Assembly: GCF_009914755.1 (NCBI RefSeq)
Contig: NC_060938.1
DNA length: 64,000 nucleotides
Direction: 5' to 3' (one strand)
From: the human T2T-CHM13v2.0 reference genome, Homo sapiens
How positions within the stretch are numbered: position 1 is the stretch's first letter; each line of letters opens with the position of its first letter. The notes under the pieces are model-generated. The model worked only from the letters and a program-made list of their open reading frames with translations. It had not been told where the DNA came from and searched no databases. Below are positions 40,301-56,200 of this stretch, one piece after another. A program made the translations under genes and the position numbers.

Positions 40301-41380
40301 AGCTGTGTGCATTCATCTCACAGTATTCAATAATTCTTTTTATTGAGTGGTTTGGAAACAGTCTTTCTGTAGAATCTGCAAAGGGATATTTGTGAGGGCT
40401 TTGAGGCCTATGGTGAAAAAGGAAATATCTTCATAGAAAAACCATAAAGAAAGTTTCTGAGAAACTTCTTTGTGGTGTGTGCATACATCTCACAGAGTTG
40501 AAACATTCTTTGGATTGAGCATTTTGCAAACAGTCTTTTTGTAGAATCTGCAGAGGGATATTTGTAGTGCTTTGAGGCCTATGGTGAATAAGGAATTATC
40601 TTCACATAAAAACTAGACAAAAGTTTTCTGAGAAATTTTTGTGATGTGTGCATTTATCTCATAGAGTTTAACATTTCTTTTGATTGAGCAGTTTGGAAAC
40701 AGTCTATTTGTACAATCTGCAAAGGGATATTTAGGAGTACGTTGAGGCCAATGGTGAAAAAGAAAATATCTTCACATAAAAATTAGAAAGAAGCATTCTG
40801 AGAAGCTGCTTTAAGATACGTGTATTCATCTCACAGAGGTAAACGTTTCTTTTCATTGAGCAGTTTGTAAACTCTGTTACTCTAGAGTCTGCAAAGGGAT
40901 ATTTTTGAGTGCTTTGAGACTCACGTTGAAAAAGGAACTATCTTCACATAAAAACTAGTGAGAAGCTTGCTGAGAAACTACTTTCTGATGTGTGCATTCA
41001 TCTAACAGAGTTGAAACTTTCTTTTGATTGAGCACTTTGGAAACAGTCTTTTTGTAGATTCTGCAAAGGTATATTTGAGAGTGCATTGAGGCCTATGTTC
41101 AAAAAGGAAATATCTTCACATAAACACGAGAAGGAAGTTTTCTGAGAAACTTCTTTGTGATGTGCACATTCGTCTCACAGGGTTGAAACATTCTGTTTAA
41201 TGAGCAGTTTGGAAACATTCTTTTTGTAGAATCTGCAAAGGGATATCTGGGAGTGCATTGAGGCCTATGGTGAAAAAGGAAATATCTTCACATTAAAAGT
41301 AGAAGAAAGTTTTCTGAGTAACTCCTTTGTGACGTGTGCATTCATCACACTCAAGTAAAAGTTTCTTCCCATTGAACAGT
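37321..41380 (+). repeat. Monomeric alpha satellite, distinct older-looking type (SF6/V1-like or older)
   Basis: Signatures change to CTGCAAAGGGATATTTGTGAG, GGTGAAAAAGGAAA, CATTCATCTCAC and GTTTGGAAACAGTC, with recurrent GAGGTAAACGTTTC variant monomers. Confidence 0.88.
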
Positions 41381-43590
41381 TAGTTTTTATGTGAAGATAT
41401 TTCCGTTTTCATGATAGACCTCAAACTGCCCACATATATCCCTTTGCAGATTCTACGAAAAGACTGTTTCCAACCTGCTCAATCAAAGAAAGCTTCCACT
41501 CTGTGAGATGAATGCACACATCACAGACAAGTTTCTCAGAAAGTTTCTGTCTAGTTTTTATTTGTTGATACTCTTTTTTTCACCATAGGCCTCAAACCGC
41601 TCATAAATAACCCTTTGCAGATTCTACAAAAAGAGTGTTGCCAAACTACTCAATCAAAAGAAAGGTTCAACTCTGTGAGGTGAATGCACACATCACAAAG
41701 AAGTTTCTCAGAAAGCTTCTGTCTAGTTTTTATTTGAAGATGTTTCCTTTTTCAATATAGGCCTCAAAGTGCTCACAAATGTCCCTTTACAGATTTTACA
41801 AAAAGACTGTTCCCAAACTGCTCAACTGAAACAAAGCTTCAACTCTTTGAGATGAATGCACACATCACAAAGAAGTTTCTCAGAAAGCTTCCATCCAGTT
41901 TTTATGTGAAGATATTTCCTTTTTCACCATAAGTCTCAAAGCATTCAAATTATCACTTTGCAGGTTCTACAAAAAGACATTTTCCAACCTGCTCTATCTA
42001 AAGAAAGGTTCAACTCTGTGAGAAGAATGCACACATCAAAAAGAAGTTTCTCAGAATGCTTCTGTCTAGTTTTTATCTGAAGACATTTCCTTTTTCACCA
42101 TAAGCCAAAAAGGGATCTCAAATATCCCTTTGTACATTCTACAAAGGACTGTTTCCAAACAGCTCCATCCAAAGACAGGTTCAACTCTTTGGGATGAATG
42201 CACACATCACAACGAAGTTTCTCAGAAACTTCTGTCTAGTTTCTGTGTGAAGATATTTCTTTTTTCACCACAGGCTTCAAAGGGCTCACAAATATCGCAA
42301 AGCAGATTCTACAAAAAGACTCTATCCAAACTGGTCAAGGAAAAGAACACTTCAAATCTGTGAGATGAATGAGCACATCTCAAAGAATTTTCTCAGAAAC
42401 CTTCTGTCTAGTTTTTATGTGAAGATATTTCCATTTTCACCATAGACCTGAAACTGCCTACATATATCCCTTTGCAGATTCTACAAAAAAACTGTTTCCA
42501 AACTGCTCAATCAAAGAAAGTTTTTACTCTGTGAGATGGATGCACACATCACAGAGAAGTTTCTCAGAAAGTTACTGTCTAGATTTTATTTGTCGATACT
42601 CCCTTTTTCACTATAGGCCTCAAACTGCTCATAAATAACCCTTTTCAGATTCTACTAAAGGACTGTTTCCAAACTGGCCAATCAAATGAAAGTTCAGCTG
42701 TGTGAGATGAATGCGCACATCACAAAGAAGTTTCTCAGAACGTTTCTGTCTAGTTTTTATGTGAAGATACTTCTTTTTCACCATAAGCCTCAAAGCTTTC
42801 ACAAATTTTCCTTTGCAGATTCTACAAAAAGACTGTTTCCAAACTGCTCAATCAAAAGAAAGGTTCAGTTCTGTGTGATGAATGCACACATCACAAAGAA
42901 GTTTCTCAGAAGGGTTCTGTCTAGATTTTATTTGTGGAGATGTCCTTTTTCACAATAGGCCTCAAAAAGCTCACAAATATCCCTTTGCATATTCTACAAA
43001 AAGACTGTTTCTAAACTGCTCAATGAAAGAAAATTCAACTCTGTGAGATGAATGCACGCATCACAAAGTGATTTCTCAGAATGCTTCTGTCTAGTTTTTA
43101 TATGAAGATATTTCCTTTTTCACAACATACCTCACACCGCTCAAAAACATCCCTTTGCAGATTCTCCAAAAAGACTGTTTCCAAACTGCTCAATCAAAAG
43201 AAAGATTAAACTCTTTGAGATGCATACACACATCACAAAGAAGTTTCCCAGAAAACATGAGTCTAGTTTTTATGTGAAGGTATTTCCTTTTCACCATAAG
43301 CCTCAAACAGTTCACAAATATCACTTTGCAGGTTCTGTGAAAAGACCGTTTCCAAACTGCTCAATCAAAAGAAAGTTTCAACCCTGTGAGATGAATGCAC
43401 ACATCACAAAGAAGTTTTTCAGAAAGCTGCTGTCTACATTTTATTTTTTGATATTTCCTTTTTCACCATAGGACTCAAACCACTGAAACATATCGCTTTG
43501 CAGATTTCACAAAAAGACTGTTTCCAAACTGCCCAATGAAAAGAAAGGTTCAACTCTGTGAGATGAATGCGCACATCACAAAGAAGTTTC
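41381..43590 (-). repeat. Monomeric alpha satellite, reverse orientation
   Basis: From TAGTTTTTATGTGAAGATAT at 41381 the monomers read as reverse complement (AAGAAGTTTCTCAGAAAGCTTCTGTCTAG). Confidence 0.93.
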
Positions 43591-44276
<686 letters not shown>

Positions 44277-47200
44277 AAAGCTTCTGTCTGGTTTTTATGT
44301 GAAGATATGTCTTTTTCACCATAGGTCACAAATGACTAAGAAATACCCCTTTGCAGATTGAACAAAAAGACGTTTCCAAATTGCTCAATGAAAAGACAGG
44401 TTCAACTCTGTGAGATGCATGCGCACATCATAAAGAAGTTTCTCAGAATGCTTCTGTCTAGTTTTTATGTGAAGATATTTCCTTTTTCACCATAGGCCTT
44501 AAACTGCTCCCAAATATCCTTCTGCAGATACTACAAAAAGACTGCTTGAAAACTGTTCTATCAAAGGAAACTTTCATCTCTATGAGATGAATGCACACAT
44601 CACAAAGAAGTTTCTCAGAATGCTTCTGTCTAGTTTTTATGTGAAGATATTTCCTTTTTCACCACAGGCCTCAAAGTGCTCCAAATATCCATTTGCAGAT
44701 TCTAGAAAAAGACCATTTCCAAACAGCTACATGAAAAGAAGTGTTCAACTCTGTGAGATAAATGCACACATGAAAAAGAAGTTTCTCAGAATGCTTCTGT
44801 CTAGTTTTTATCTGACATATATATTTTTCACCATAGACCTCAAACCGTTCAGAAATATCCCTTTGCATATTGTACAAAAAGACTGTTTCCAAACTGTCAC
44901 ATGAAAAGAAAGGTTCAACTCTGTGAGATGAATGCAAACATCACAAAGAAGTTTCTCAGAAAGTTTCTGTCTAGTTTTTATGTGAAGATAGTTCCTTCTT
45001 CACAATAGGCCTCAAAGCGCTCCAAACATCCATTTGCAGATTCCACAAAAAGACTGTTTCCAAACTGCTCAATCAAAAAAATTTCAACTCTGTGAGATGA
45101 ATGCTCCCATCACAAAGAAGTTTTTCAGAAAGCTTCTGTTTAGTTTTTATGTGAAGATATTTCCTTTTTCAACATAGGCTTCAAAGCACTCCACACATCC
45201 ATTTGCAGATTCTACAAAAAGAGTGTTTCCAAACTGCTCAATCAAAAGTAATGTTCAACTCTGTGAGATGAAAGAACACATCACAAAGAAGTTCCTCATA
45301 ATGTTTCTGTCTAGTTTTTATGTGAAGATATTTCATATTTCACCATAGGCCTCAAAGAGCTCACAAATATCCCTTTGCAGACTCTACAAAAAGACAGTTT
45401 CTGAACTGCTCCATGCAAAGAAAGGTTCAACTCTGTGAGACGAATACACATATAAAAAAGAAGTTTCTCAGAATGCTTCTGTCTAGTTTTTATGTGAAGA
45501 TATTTCTTTTCCACCATAGGCAACAAACCGTTCAGAAATATCCCTTTGTAGATTACATGAAAAAACTGTTTCCAAACTGCTCAATCAAAAGAAAGGTTCA
45601 AACCTGTGAGATGAAAGCACACATCACAAAGAAGTTTCTCAGAATGCTTCTGTCTAGTTTTCATATGAAGATATTTCTTTTTCACCATAGGCCTCAAACC
45701 TCTCAGAAATATCCCTTTGCAGATTGTAGATAAAGACTGTTTCCTAACTGCTCCATCAAAAGAAAGGTTCAACTCTGTGAGATGAAAGCACACATCACAA
45801 AGAAGTTTCTCAGAAATCTTCTGTCTAGTTTTTATGTGAAGATATTTCCCTTCTAACGATAGGCCTCAAAGTGATCCAAATATTGATTTGCAGATTCTAC
45901 AAAAGACTGTTTCCAAACTGCCCAATCAAAAGAAATTTTCACCTCTGTGAGATGAAAGCTCACATCACAAAGAAGTTCTTCAGAAAGTTTCTCACTAGAT
46001 TTTATGTGAAGATATTTAGTTTTTCACCACAAACCACAAAGCACTCCAAATATCCATTTGCAGATACTTCAAACAGAGTTTTTCCAAACTGCTCAATCAA
46101 AAGAAAGTTTCAACTCTGTGAGATGAATGCAAAGATCACAAACAAGTTTCTCAGAATGCTTCTGTCTAGTTTTACTGTGAAGATATTTCCCATTTCACCA
46201 TGGGCCTCAGTGGGCTCACATATATCCTTTTGCAAATTCTACAAAAAGACTGTCTAAGAATTTCTCAATTAAAAGAATGGTTTAACTTTGGGAGAAGAAT
46301 GCACACATGAAAAAGAAGTTTCTCAGAATGCCTCTCTAGTTTTTATGTTAAGATATTTGTTTTTCACCTTAGGCCTCAAACCGCTCAGAAATATCCCTTT
46401 GCAGATTGTACAAAAAGATGGTTTCCAAACTGCTCAATGAAAACAAAAGTTCAACACTGTGACATGAATATGCACATCACAGAGAAGTTTTTCAGAAAGC
46501 TTCTGTTTAGTTTCTAAGTGAAGATATTACCTTTTTTACCATAGGCCTCTAAGTGCTCCAAATATCCTTTTGCAGAATCTACAAAAAGAGAGTTTCCAAA
46601 CTGCTCAATTAAAAGAAAGATTCAAATCTGTGAGAAGAAAGCACACATCACAAAGAAGTTTCTCATAATACTTCTGTCTACTTTTTTTGTGAAGATATTT
46701 CCTATATCACCATACGCCTCAAAGGTCTCAAAAATATCCCTTTGCAGACTGTACAAAAACACAGTTTTCAAACTGCTCCATGAAAAGAAAGGTTCAGCTC
46801 TGTGAGATGAATGCACACATAATAAATTACTTTCTCATAATGCTTCTGTCTAGTTTTTATGTGAAGATATTTCCTTTTCACCATAGGCATCAAACCATTC
46901 AGAAATATCCCTTTATAGATTGTACAAAAAGACTGTTTCCAAACTTCTCAATCAAAAGAAAGGTTCAAACCTGTGAGATGAATGCACACATAACAAAGAA
47001 GTTTCTCAGAAATCTTCTGTTTTGTTTTTATGTGAAGATATTTCCTTTCTCAACATAGGCCTCAAAGCAATCCAAATATCCATTGGCAGATTCTACAAAA
47101 AGACTGTTTCCAAACTGATCAATCAAAACAAAATTTTAGCACTCTGAGATGAAAGCACACATCACAAAATAGTTACTCAGACAGCTTCTCTCTAGTTTGT

Positions 47201-50200
47201 ATGTGAAGATATTTCCTATTTCACCTGAGGCCATAAAGGGCTCACAAATATCCCTTTGAAGATTCTACAAAAAGACTGTTTCCAAACTGCTTAATCAAAA
47301 GAAAAGTTCAACTCTGTGAGATGAATGGACACATCAGAAAGAAATTTTTCGGACTGACTCTGTCTAGTTTTTACGTGAAGTTATTTCTCTTTCACCATAG
47401 GCCTCAAACAGATCAGAATTATCCCTTTGCAGATTGTACAATAAGCCTCTTTCCAACCTGCTCAATCAAAAGAAAGGTTCAACTCTGTGAGATGAATGCA
47501 CACATCACAAGGAAGTTTCTCAGAAAGCTTCTGTTTAGTTTTTATGTGAAGATATTTCGTTTTTCACCATGGGCCTCAAAGCACTCCAAATATCCATTTG
47601 CAGATTCTAGAAAAAGAGTGCTTCCAAACTCCTCAATCAAAAGGAAGTTTCAGTTCTGTGAGATGAAAGCACACATCACAAACAAGTTTCTTAGAAAGCT
47701 TCTGTCTAGTTTTTATGTGAAGATATTTCACATTTCACCATAGTACTCAATGGGCTCAGAAATATCCCTTTGCAGATTCTACAAAAGGACTGTTTCCAAA
47801 CTGCTCAATCCAAAGAAAGTTTCGACTCTGTGAGATGAATGCACACATCACAAAGAAGTTTCTCAGAATGCTTCTGTCTAGTTTATATGTGAAGAAAATT
47901 CCTATTTCACCATAGGCAATAAAGGGCTCACAAATACTTTTTGCAGATTCTACAAAAAGACTGTATCCAAACTGCTCAATAAAAAGAAAGTTTCAACTCT
48001 GTTAGATTAATGGACACATCAAAAAGTAGTTTCTCAGAAAACATCTGTTTAGTTTTTATGTGAAGATATTTCCTTTGTCACCATTGGCCTCAAAGCACTC
48101 CTAATATCCACTTACAGATTACACAAAAAGAGTGTTTCCAAACTGCTCAATCAAAAGAAAGGTTCAACTCTGTGAGATGAAAGCACACATCTCAAAGAAG
48201 TTTCTCAGAAATCTTCGGTCTAGTTTTCATGTGAAGATATTTCCAGTTTCACCATAGGCCTCAAAGGGCTAAGAAATATCCCTTTGCAGATTCTAAAAGA
48301 GGACCATTTCCATACTGCTCAATCAAAATAAAGGTTAAATTCTGTGAGGTGAATGCACACATTAGAATGAAGTTTCTCAGAATTCTTCTGTCTAATTTTT
48401 ATGTGAATATATTTACTAGTTCACTATAGGCTTCAAATGGTTCACAAATATCCCTTTGCAGATTCTACAAAAATACCATTGACAAACTTCTGAATTAAAA
48501 GAAATGTTCAACTCTGTCAAATGAATGGAGACATCACAAAGAAGTTCCTCAGAATGCTTCTGTCTAGTTAAAATGTGAAGATATCTCTTTTTCACCATAG
48601 ACCTCAAATGTCTCAGAAATATACCTTTGCAGATTGCAGAAAAAGACTGTTTCTGAACTGCTCAAACAAAATAAAGTTTCAACACTGTGAGATGAATGCA
48701 CACATCACAAAGAAGTTTCTCAGAAAGCTTCTGCGTAATTTTTATGTGAAGATATTTCCTTTTTCACCATAGGCCTTAAACCGCTAACAAATATCCTTCT
48801 GCAGATAATAAAAAAAATACTGTTTCCAAACTGCTCCATCAAAAGAAAAGTTCACCTCTCTGAGATGAATGCACACATCACAAAGAAGTTTCTCAGAATT
48901 ATTCTGTCTAGATTTTATGTGAAGATATTTCCATTTTCACCTTAGGCCACAAAGTGCTCCAAATATCCATTTGCAGATTATACAAAAAGACTGTTTCCAA
49001 ACTGCTCAATCAAAAGAAATCTTCAACTCTGTGAGATGAAAGCACACATCACGAAGAATTTTCTCAGGAATCTTCTGTCTAGTTTTTATCTCAAGATAAT
49101 TCCTATTTCACCATAGGAATTAATGGGCTCACAAATATCCCTTTGCAGATTCTACATAAGTTCTGTTTCCAAACTGCTCAATCAAAACAAAGGTTCAACA
49201 TTGTGAGATGAATGCACATATCACAAAGAAGTTTCTCAGAATTCTTCTGTCTAGTTTTTATGTGAAGATATTTCCTTTTTCAACATAGGCCTCAAATCGC
49301 TCCAAATATCCATTTGCAGATTCTACAAAAAGAATGTTTCCAAACTGGTCAATCAAAAGAAAGGCTCAACTCTGTGAGACGAAAGCACACATCACAAAGA
49401 AGTTTCTCAGAAAGCTTCTGTCTACTTTTTATGTGAAGGTATTTCCTTTCGCACCATAGGTCTTAAACTGCTCACAAATATAACTCCACTTTCTCCAAAT
49501 TGCTAAATCAAAAGAAATGTTCAACTCTGTGAGACGAATGCACACATCACAAAGAAGTTTCTCAAAATGGTTTTGTCTAGTTTTCATGTGAAGATATTTA
49601 TTTTTCACCATTGGCCTCAAACTGCTCAGAAATATCCCTTTGCAATTTCTACAAAAGGACTGTTTCCAAACTGCTCAATGAAAAGAAATGGTCAACTCTT
49701 CGATATGAATGGAAATGTCACAGAGTTTTCTCAAAAAGCTACTGTGTAGTTTTTATGTGAAGATATTTCCTTTTTCACTACATGCCTTAAAACACTCCAA
49801 ATATACATCTGCAGAATCTACAAAAAGACTGTTTCCAAACTGCTCAATCAAATAAAAGGTTCAACTCTGTGAGACAAACCTACACACCCCAAAGAAGTTT
49901 CTCAGAAAGCTTCTGTCTAGTTTTTATGTGAAGATATTTCATATTTCAACATAGGCCATAAAGGGCTCACAAATATCCCTTTGCAGATTCTAAGAAAAGA
50001 CATTTCCCAAACTCCTTGATCAAAAGAAAGGTTTATCTCTGTGAGATGAATGGACACATCACAAGGAAGTTTCTTAGAAAGCTTCTGTCTAGTTTTTATG
50101 TGAAGATATTTCTTTTTCACCATAGGCCTCAAAGGTCTAAGAAATTTCCCTTTGCAGCTTCTACAAAAGACTGTCTCCAACTGCTGAATCAAAAGAAAGG

Positions 50201-53200
50201 TTGAATTCTGTGACATGAATTCACACATCACAAAGAAGTTTCTCAGAAATCTTCTGTCTAGTTTTTATGTGAAGATACTTCCTTTTTCACCATGGGCCTC
50301 AAATAGCTCCAAATATCCATTTGCAGATTCTACAAAAAGACTTTCCAAACTGCTCAATCAAAAGAAAGGTTCAACACTGTGAGACGAAAGCAAACATCAC
50401 AAAGAAGTTTCTCAGAAATCTTCTGTCTAGTTTTTATGTGAAGATATTTTGTATTTCACCACAGGCCATAAAGGGCTCACAAATATCCCTCACATATTCT
50501 ACAAAACGACTGCTTCCAAACTGCTCAATCAAAAGAGAGGTTCAACTCTGTGACATGAATGGACACATCACAAAGAAGTTTTTCAGAATGCTTCTGTCAG
50601 GTTTTTATGTGCAGATATTTCGTTTTCACCATAAGCCTCAAATGGCTCAGAAATATCCCTTTGCAGCTTGTACAAAAAGACTGTTTCCAAGCTGCTCAAT
50701 CAAAAGAAAGATTCAACTCTGTGAAATGAAAGCACACATCACAAAGAAGTTTCTCAAAATACTTCTGTCTAGTTTTTATGTGAATATATTACCTTTTTAA
50801 CTGTAGGCCTAAAATCTCTCCAAATATCCGTTTGTAGATTCTTCAAAAATACTCTTTCCAAAGTTATCAATCAAAAGAAAGGTTCAACTCTGTAGGATGA
50901 AAGCACACATCACAAAGAAGTTTCTCAGAAAGCTTCTGTCTAGTATTTATGTGAATATATTTCCTATTTCATCATAGACCTCAAAGGAATCACAAATATC
51001 CCTTTGCAGATTCTACAAAAAGACTGTTTCCAAACTGCTCAATGAAAAGAAAGATTCAACTCTGTGAGGTGAATGCACAGATAAAAAAGAAGCATTCTCA
51101 GAATGCTTCTGTCTAGTTTTTATGTGAAGTTATTTCTTTTTCACCATAGGCCTCAAACCACTCAGAAATATTCCTTTGCAGATTGCACAAAAAAAAGTCT
51201 CCAAACTCCTCAATGAAGAGAGAGGTTCAACTCTTTGAGATAAATGCAAATATCACAAAGAGTTATCTCAAAAACTTCTGTCTGGTTTTTATGTGAAGAT
51301 ATTTAGTTTTTCACCATAGGCCTCAAACCGCTCACAAATGTACCTTGCAGATTCTACAAAATGACTTGTTCCCAAACTGCTCAATGAAAGAAAGGGTCAA
51401 ATCTGTGAGAAGAAAGCACACATCACAAAGAAGTTTCTCAGAAAGTTTCTGTCTAGTTTTTATGTGCAGATACTTCCCTTTTCACCTTATGCCTCAAAGC
51501 ACTCCAAATATCTGTTTACAGATTCTACAAAAAGAGTGTTTCCAAACTGCTCAATCAAAGGAAAGGTTCAACTCTGTGAAATGAAAGCATACAACACAAA
51601 GAAGTTTCTCAGAATGCTTCTGCCTAGTTATTATGTGAAGATATTTCCTATTTCACTATAGGACTCAAAGGGCTCAGAAATATCCCTTTGCAGATTCTAC
51701 AAAAGGACTGTTTCCAAACTGCTCAATCTAAACAAAGGTTCACCTCTGTGAGTTGAATGCACACATCACAGAGAAGTTTCCCAGAATGCTTCTTTCTAGT
51801 TTTTATGTGAAGGTATCTCCTTTTTCACCATAGGCCTCAAACCGCTCACAAATATACCTCTGCAGATACAACAAAAGGACTGTTTCCAATCTGCTAAATG
51901 AAAAAATAGGCTCAACAACGTGAGATGAATGCACACGTCACAAATAAGTTTCTCAGAATGCTTTCATCTAGTTTTTATGTGAAGATATTTACTTTTTCAC
52001 CATAGGCCTCAAAACACTCCAAACATCCATTTGCAGATTCCACAAAAAGACTGTTTCCAAACTGCTCAATCAAAAGAAGGTTCAACTCTGTGAGATGAAA
52101 GCACACATCAAAAAGAAGTTTCTTGGAAAGCTTCTGTCTAGTTTTTATTTGAGGATATTTCCTATTTCACCACAGGCCTCAAAGGAATCACAAATATCCC
52201 TTTGCAGATTCTACAAAAAGACTGTTTCCAAACTGCTCAATGAAAAGGAAGTTTCAACTCTGTGAGGTGAATGCACACATAAAAAAGAAGTTTCTCAGAA
52301 TGCTTCTGTCTAGTTTTTATGTGAAGATATTACTTTTTCACCATAGGCCTCAAACTGCTCAGAAATATCCCTTTGCACATTGTATAAAAAGACTGCTTCC
52401 AGACTGCTCAATGAAAAGAAAGATTCATCTCTGGGAGATGAATTCACACATAAAAAATAAGTTTCTCAGAATGCTTCTGTATAGTTTTTATGCGAAGATA
52501 TTTTATTTTTCACCATAGGCCTTTAACTGCTCACAAATATCCCTCTGCAGATACTACAAAAAGACTGTTTCCAAACTGCTCCAAGAAAAGAAAGGTTCAA
52601 CTCTGTGAGATGAAGGCACACATCACAAGGAAGTTTCTCACAATGATTCTGTCTAGCTTTTATGTGAAGATAATTCTTTTTCACCATAGGCATCAAACAG
52701 CTCAGAAATATCCCTTTGCAGATTGTACAAAAAGACGGTTTCCAATCTGCTCAATCAAAAGAAAGGATCAGCTCTGTGATATGAATCCACACATCACGAA
52801 GAAGCTTCTCAGAAAGCTTCTTTTTAGTGTTGTTGTGAAGATATTTCCTTTTTCACCATAGGCCTAAAAGCACTGCAAATATCCACTTGCAGATTCTACA
52901 AAAAGACTGTTTCCAAACTACTCAATCAAAACAAAAGTTCACCTCTGTGAGATGAAAGCACACACCACAAAGCATTTTCTCAGAAAGATTCTGTCTAATT
53001 TTTATGTGAAGATATTTCCTATTTCACCATAGGCTGTAAAGGGCTCAAAAATATCTGTTTGCACATTCAAAAAAAAAGACTTTCCAAACTGCTCAAACAA
53101 AAGAAGGGTTCAACCCTGTGAGATGAATGCACACATCAGAAACAAGTTTCTCAGAATGCTTCTGTCTAGTTTTTATGTGAAGATAATTCTTTTTCATCAT

Positions 53201-56200
53201 CGGCCTCAAATGGCTCAGAAATACCCTTTTGCAGATTTTACAAAAAGTCTGTTTCCAAACTGCTCAAGCAAAAGAAAGATTCAACTCTGTGAGATGAATG
53301 CACACATCACAAAGAAGCTTCTCAGAAAGCTTCTGTTTTGTTTTTATTTGAAGATATTTCCTTTTTCACCATAGGCCTCAATGGGCTCAGAAATATCTCT
53401 TTGCAGATTCTACAAAAGGACTGTTTAGAAAACTGCTGAATCCAAAGAAAGATTTAACTCTGTGAAATGAATGCACACATCACAAAGAAGTTTCACAGAA
53501 TGCATCTGTCTAGTTTTTATGTGAAGATATTTCTTTTTTCACCATAGGCCTCAAAGTGCTCCAAATACCCATTTGCAGATTCTACAAAAAGAGTGTTTCC
53601 AAACTGCTCAATCAAAAGAAATGTTCAACTCTGTGACACAGAAGCACACTTCACAAAGAGGTTTCTCAGAATGCTTCTGTCTAGTTTTTTTGTGAAGATA
53701 TTTCCTATTTCACCTTGGGCCATATAGGGCTCAAAAATACTTTTTGTAGATTCTACAAAAAGACTGTTTCCACTCTGCTCAATCCAAACAAAGTTTCAAC
53801 TCTGTGAGATGAATGGACACATCACAAAAAAGTTTATCAGAATGCTTCTGTCTAGTTTTTATGTGAAGACATTTCTTTTTCACCCTAGGCTTCAATGGGC
53901 TCAGAAATATCCCTTTGCAGATTCTACAAAAGGACTGTTTCCAAGCTGCTCAATCAAAGGTTCAACACTATGAGATGAATGCACACATCACAGAGATGTT
54001 TCTCACAATGCTTCTGTCTATTTTTTATGTGAAGGTATTTCCTTTTTCACCATAGGCTTCAAAGCACTCCAAGCATCCATTTGCTGATTCCACAAAAAGA
54101 CTTTCCAAGCCATTCAAAGAAAGGTTCAACTCTATGAGATGAATGCACACATCACAGAGATGTTTCTCACAATGCTTCTGTCTATTTTTTATGTGAAGGT
54201 ATTTCCTTTTTCACCATAGGCCTCAAAGCCCTCCAAACATCCATTTGCTGATTCCTCAAAAAGACTGTTTCCAAACTGCTCAATCAAAAGAAAGGTACAA
54301 CTCTGTGAGTTCAAAGCACACATCACAAAGAAGTTTCTCAGAAAGCTTCTGTCTAGTTTTTCTGTGAGGATATTTCCTGTTCCAGCATGGACCATAAAGG
54401 GCTCAAAAATATTTTTTGCAGTTTCCACAAAAAGACCGTTTCCAAATTGCTCAGTGAAAAGAAAGTTTCAACTCCGTGAGTTGAAAGCACACATCACAAA
54501 GAAGTTTCTCAGAATGTATCTTTCTAGTTTTTTTTGTGAAGATATTTCCTTTTTCACCATAGGCCTCAAAGCACTCAAAGTGTCCATTTGCAGATTCTAC
54601 CAAAAGACCGTTTACAAACTGCTAAATCAAAAGAAAGTTTCAGCTCTGTGATATGAATGCACCCATCAAAAAGAAGTTTCTCAGAAAGATTCTGTTTAGT
54701 TTTTATCTGAAGATATTTCCTTTTTCACCATAGGCCTCAAAGTGCTCCGAATATGCATTTCCAGATTCTATAAAAAGTCTGTTTCCAAACTGCTCAATGA
54801 AAAGAAAGGTTCGACTCTGTGAGATGAAAGCATATAGCACAAAGAAGTTTCTCAGAATGTTTCTTTCTAGTTTTTTTGTGAAGATATTTCCTTTTTCACT
54901 ATAGGCCTCAAAGCGCTCCAAATATCCATTTGCAGATTATACAAAAAGACTGTTTAAAAACGGCTCAATCAAAAAAAAGTTTCAACTCTGTGAGATGAAT
55001 GGATGCATTACAAAGTAGTTTCTCAGAAAGCTTCTGTTTAGTTGTTATGTGAAGATATTTCCTTTTTCACCATAGACCTCAAAATGCTCCAATTATCCAT
55101 TTGCAGATTATGCAAAAAGAGTGTTTCCAAACTGCTCAGTCAAAAGAAATGCTCAACTCTTTGAGATGAAAGCACTCATTGAAAAGAAGTTTCTCAGAAA
55201 GCTTCTGTCTAGCTTTTATGTGAAGGTATTTCCTATATCACCAACGGCCTCAATGGGCTCAGAAATATCCCTTTGGGGATTCTACAATAGGACTGTTTCC
55301 AAACTGCTCTAGCAAAAGAAAGCTTCAACTCTGTGAGATGAATGCACCCATCACAAAAAACTTTCTCAGAATGTTTCTGTGTAGTTTTTATGTTAAGATA
55401 TTTCCTACTTCACCATAGGCCTCAAAGTGTTCACAATTATCCCTTTGTAAATTTTACAAAAAGACAGTTTCCATAGCTTCAATCAAAGAAATGTTCAACT
55501 GTGTGAGGTGGAGGCAAACATCACAAAGAAGTTTCTCAGAATGCTTCTGTCTAATTTTTATGTGACGATATTTCCTTTTTTACCATTGGCCTCAAAGTTC
55601 TCCAAATATCCATTTGCAGATTCTAAAAAAAGAGTGTTTCCAAACTGCTCAATCAAAAGAAAGGTTCAACTCTGTGAGATGGAAGCACACATCATAAAAA
55701 GTTTCTTAGAAACCTTCTGTCTAGTTTTTATGGGAAGATATTTCATATTTCACCACAGGCCTCAATGGGCTCAGAAATATACCTTTGTAGATTCTACAAA
55801 AGGATTGTTTCCAAACTGCTCAATCCAAAGAAAGATTCAACACTGTGAGATGAATTCACATATCACAAAGAGGTTTCTCACAAAGCTTCTGTCTAGTTTT
55901 TATGTGAAGATATTTCCTTTTTCACCATAGGCCTCAAATCGCTCTCAAACAACCCTCTACAGATACTACAAAAAGACTGTTTCCAAAGTGTTCAATCAAA
56001 AGAAAGGTATAACTCTGTGTGATAAATGCACACGTCACCAAGAAGTTTCTCAGAATGCTTCTATCTAGTTTTTATGTGAAGATATTTCCATTCTTACCAA
56101 GGCCTCAAAACGCTCCAAATATCCACTTGCAGATTCTACAAAAAGATGGTTTCCAAACTGCTCAATGAATAGAAAGGTTCAACTCTGTGAGATGAAAGCA

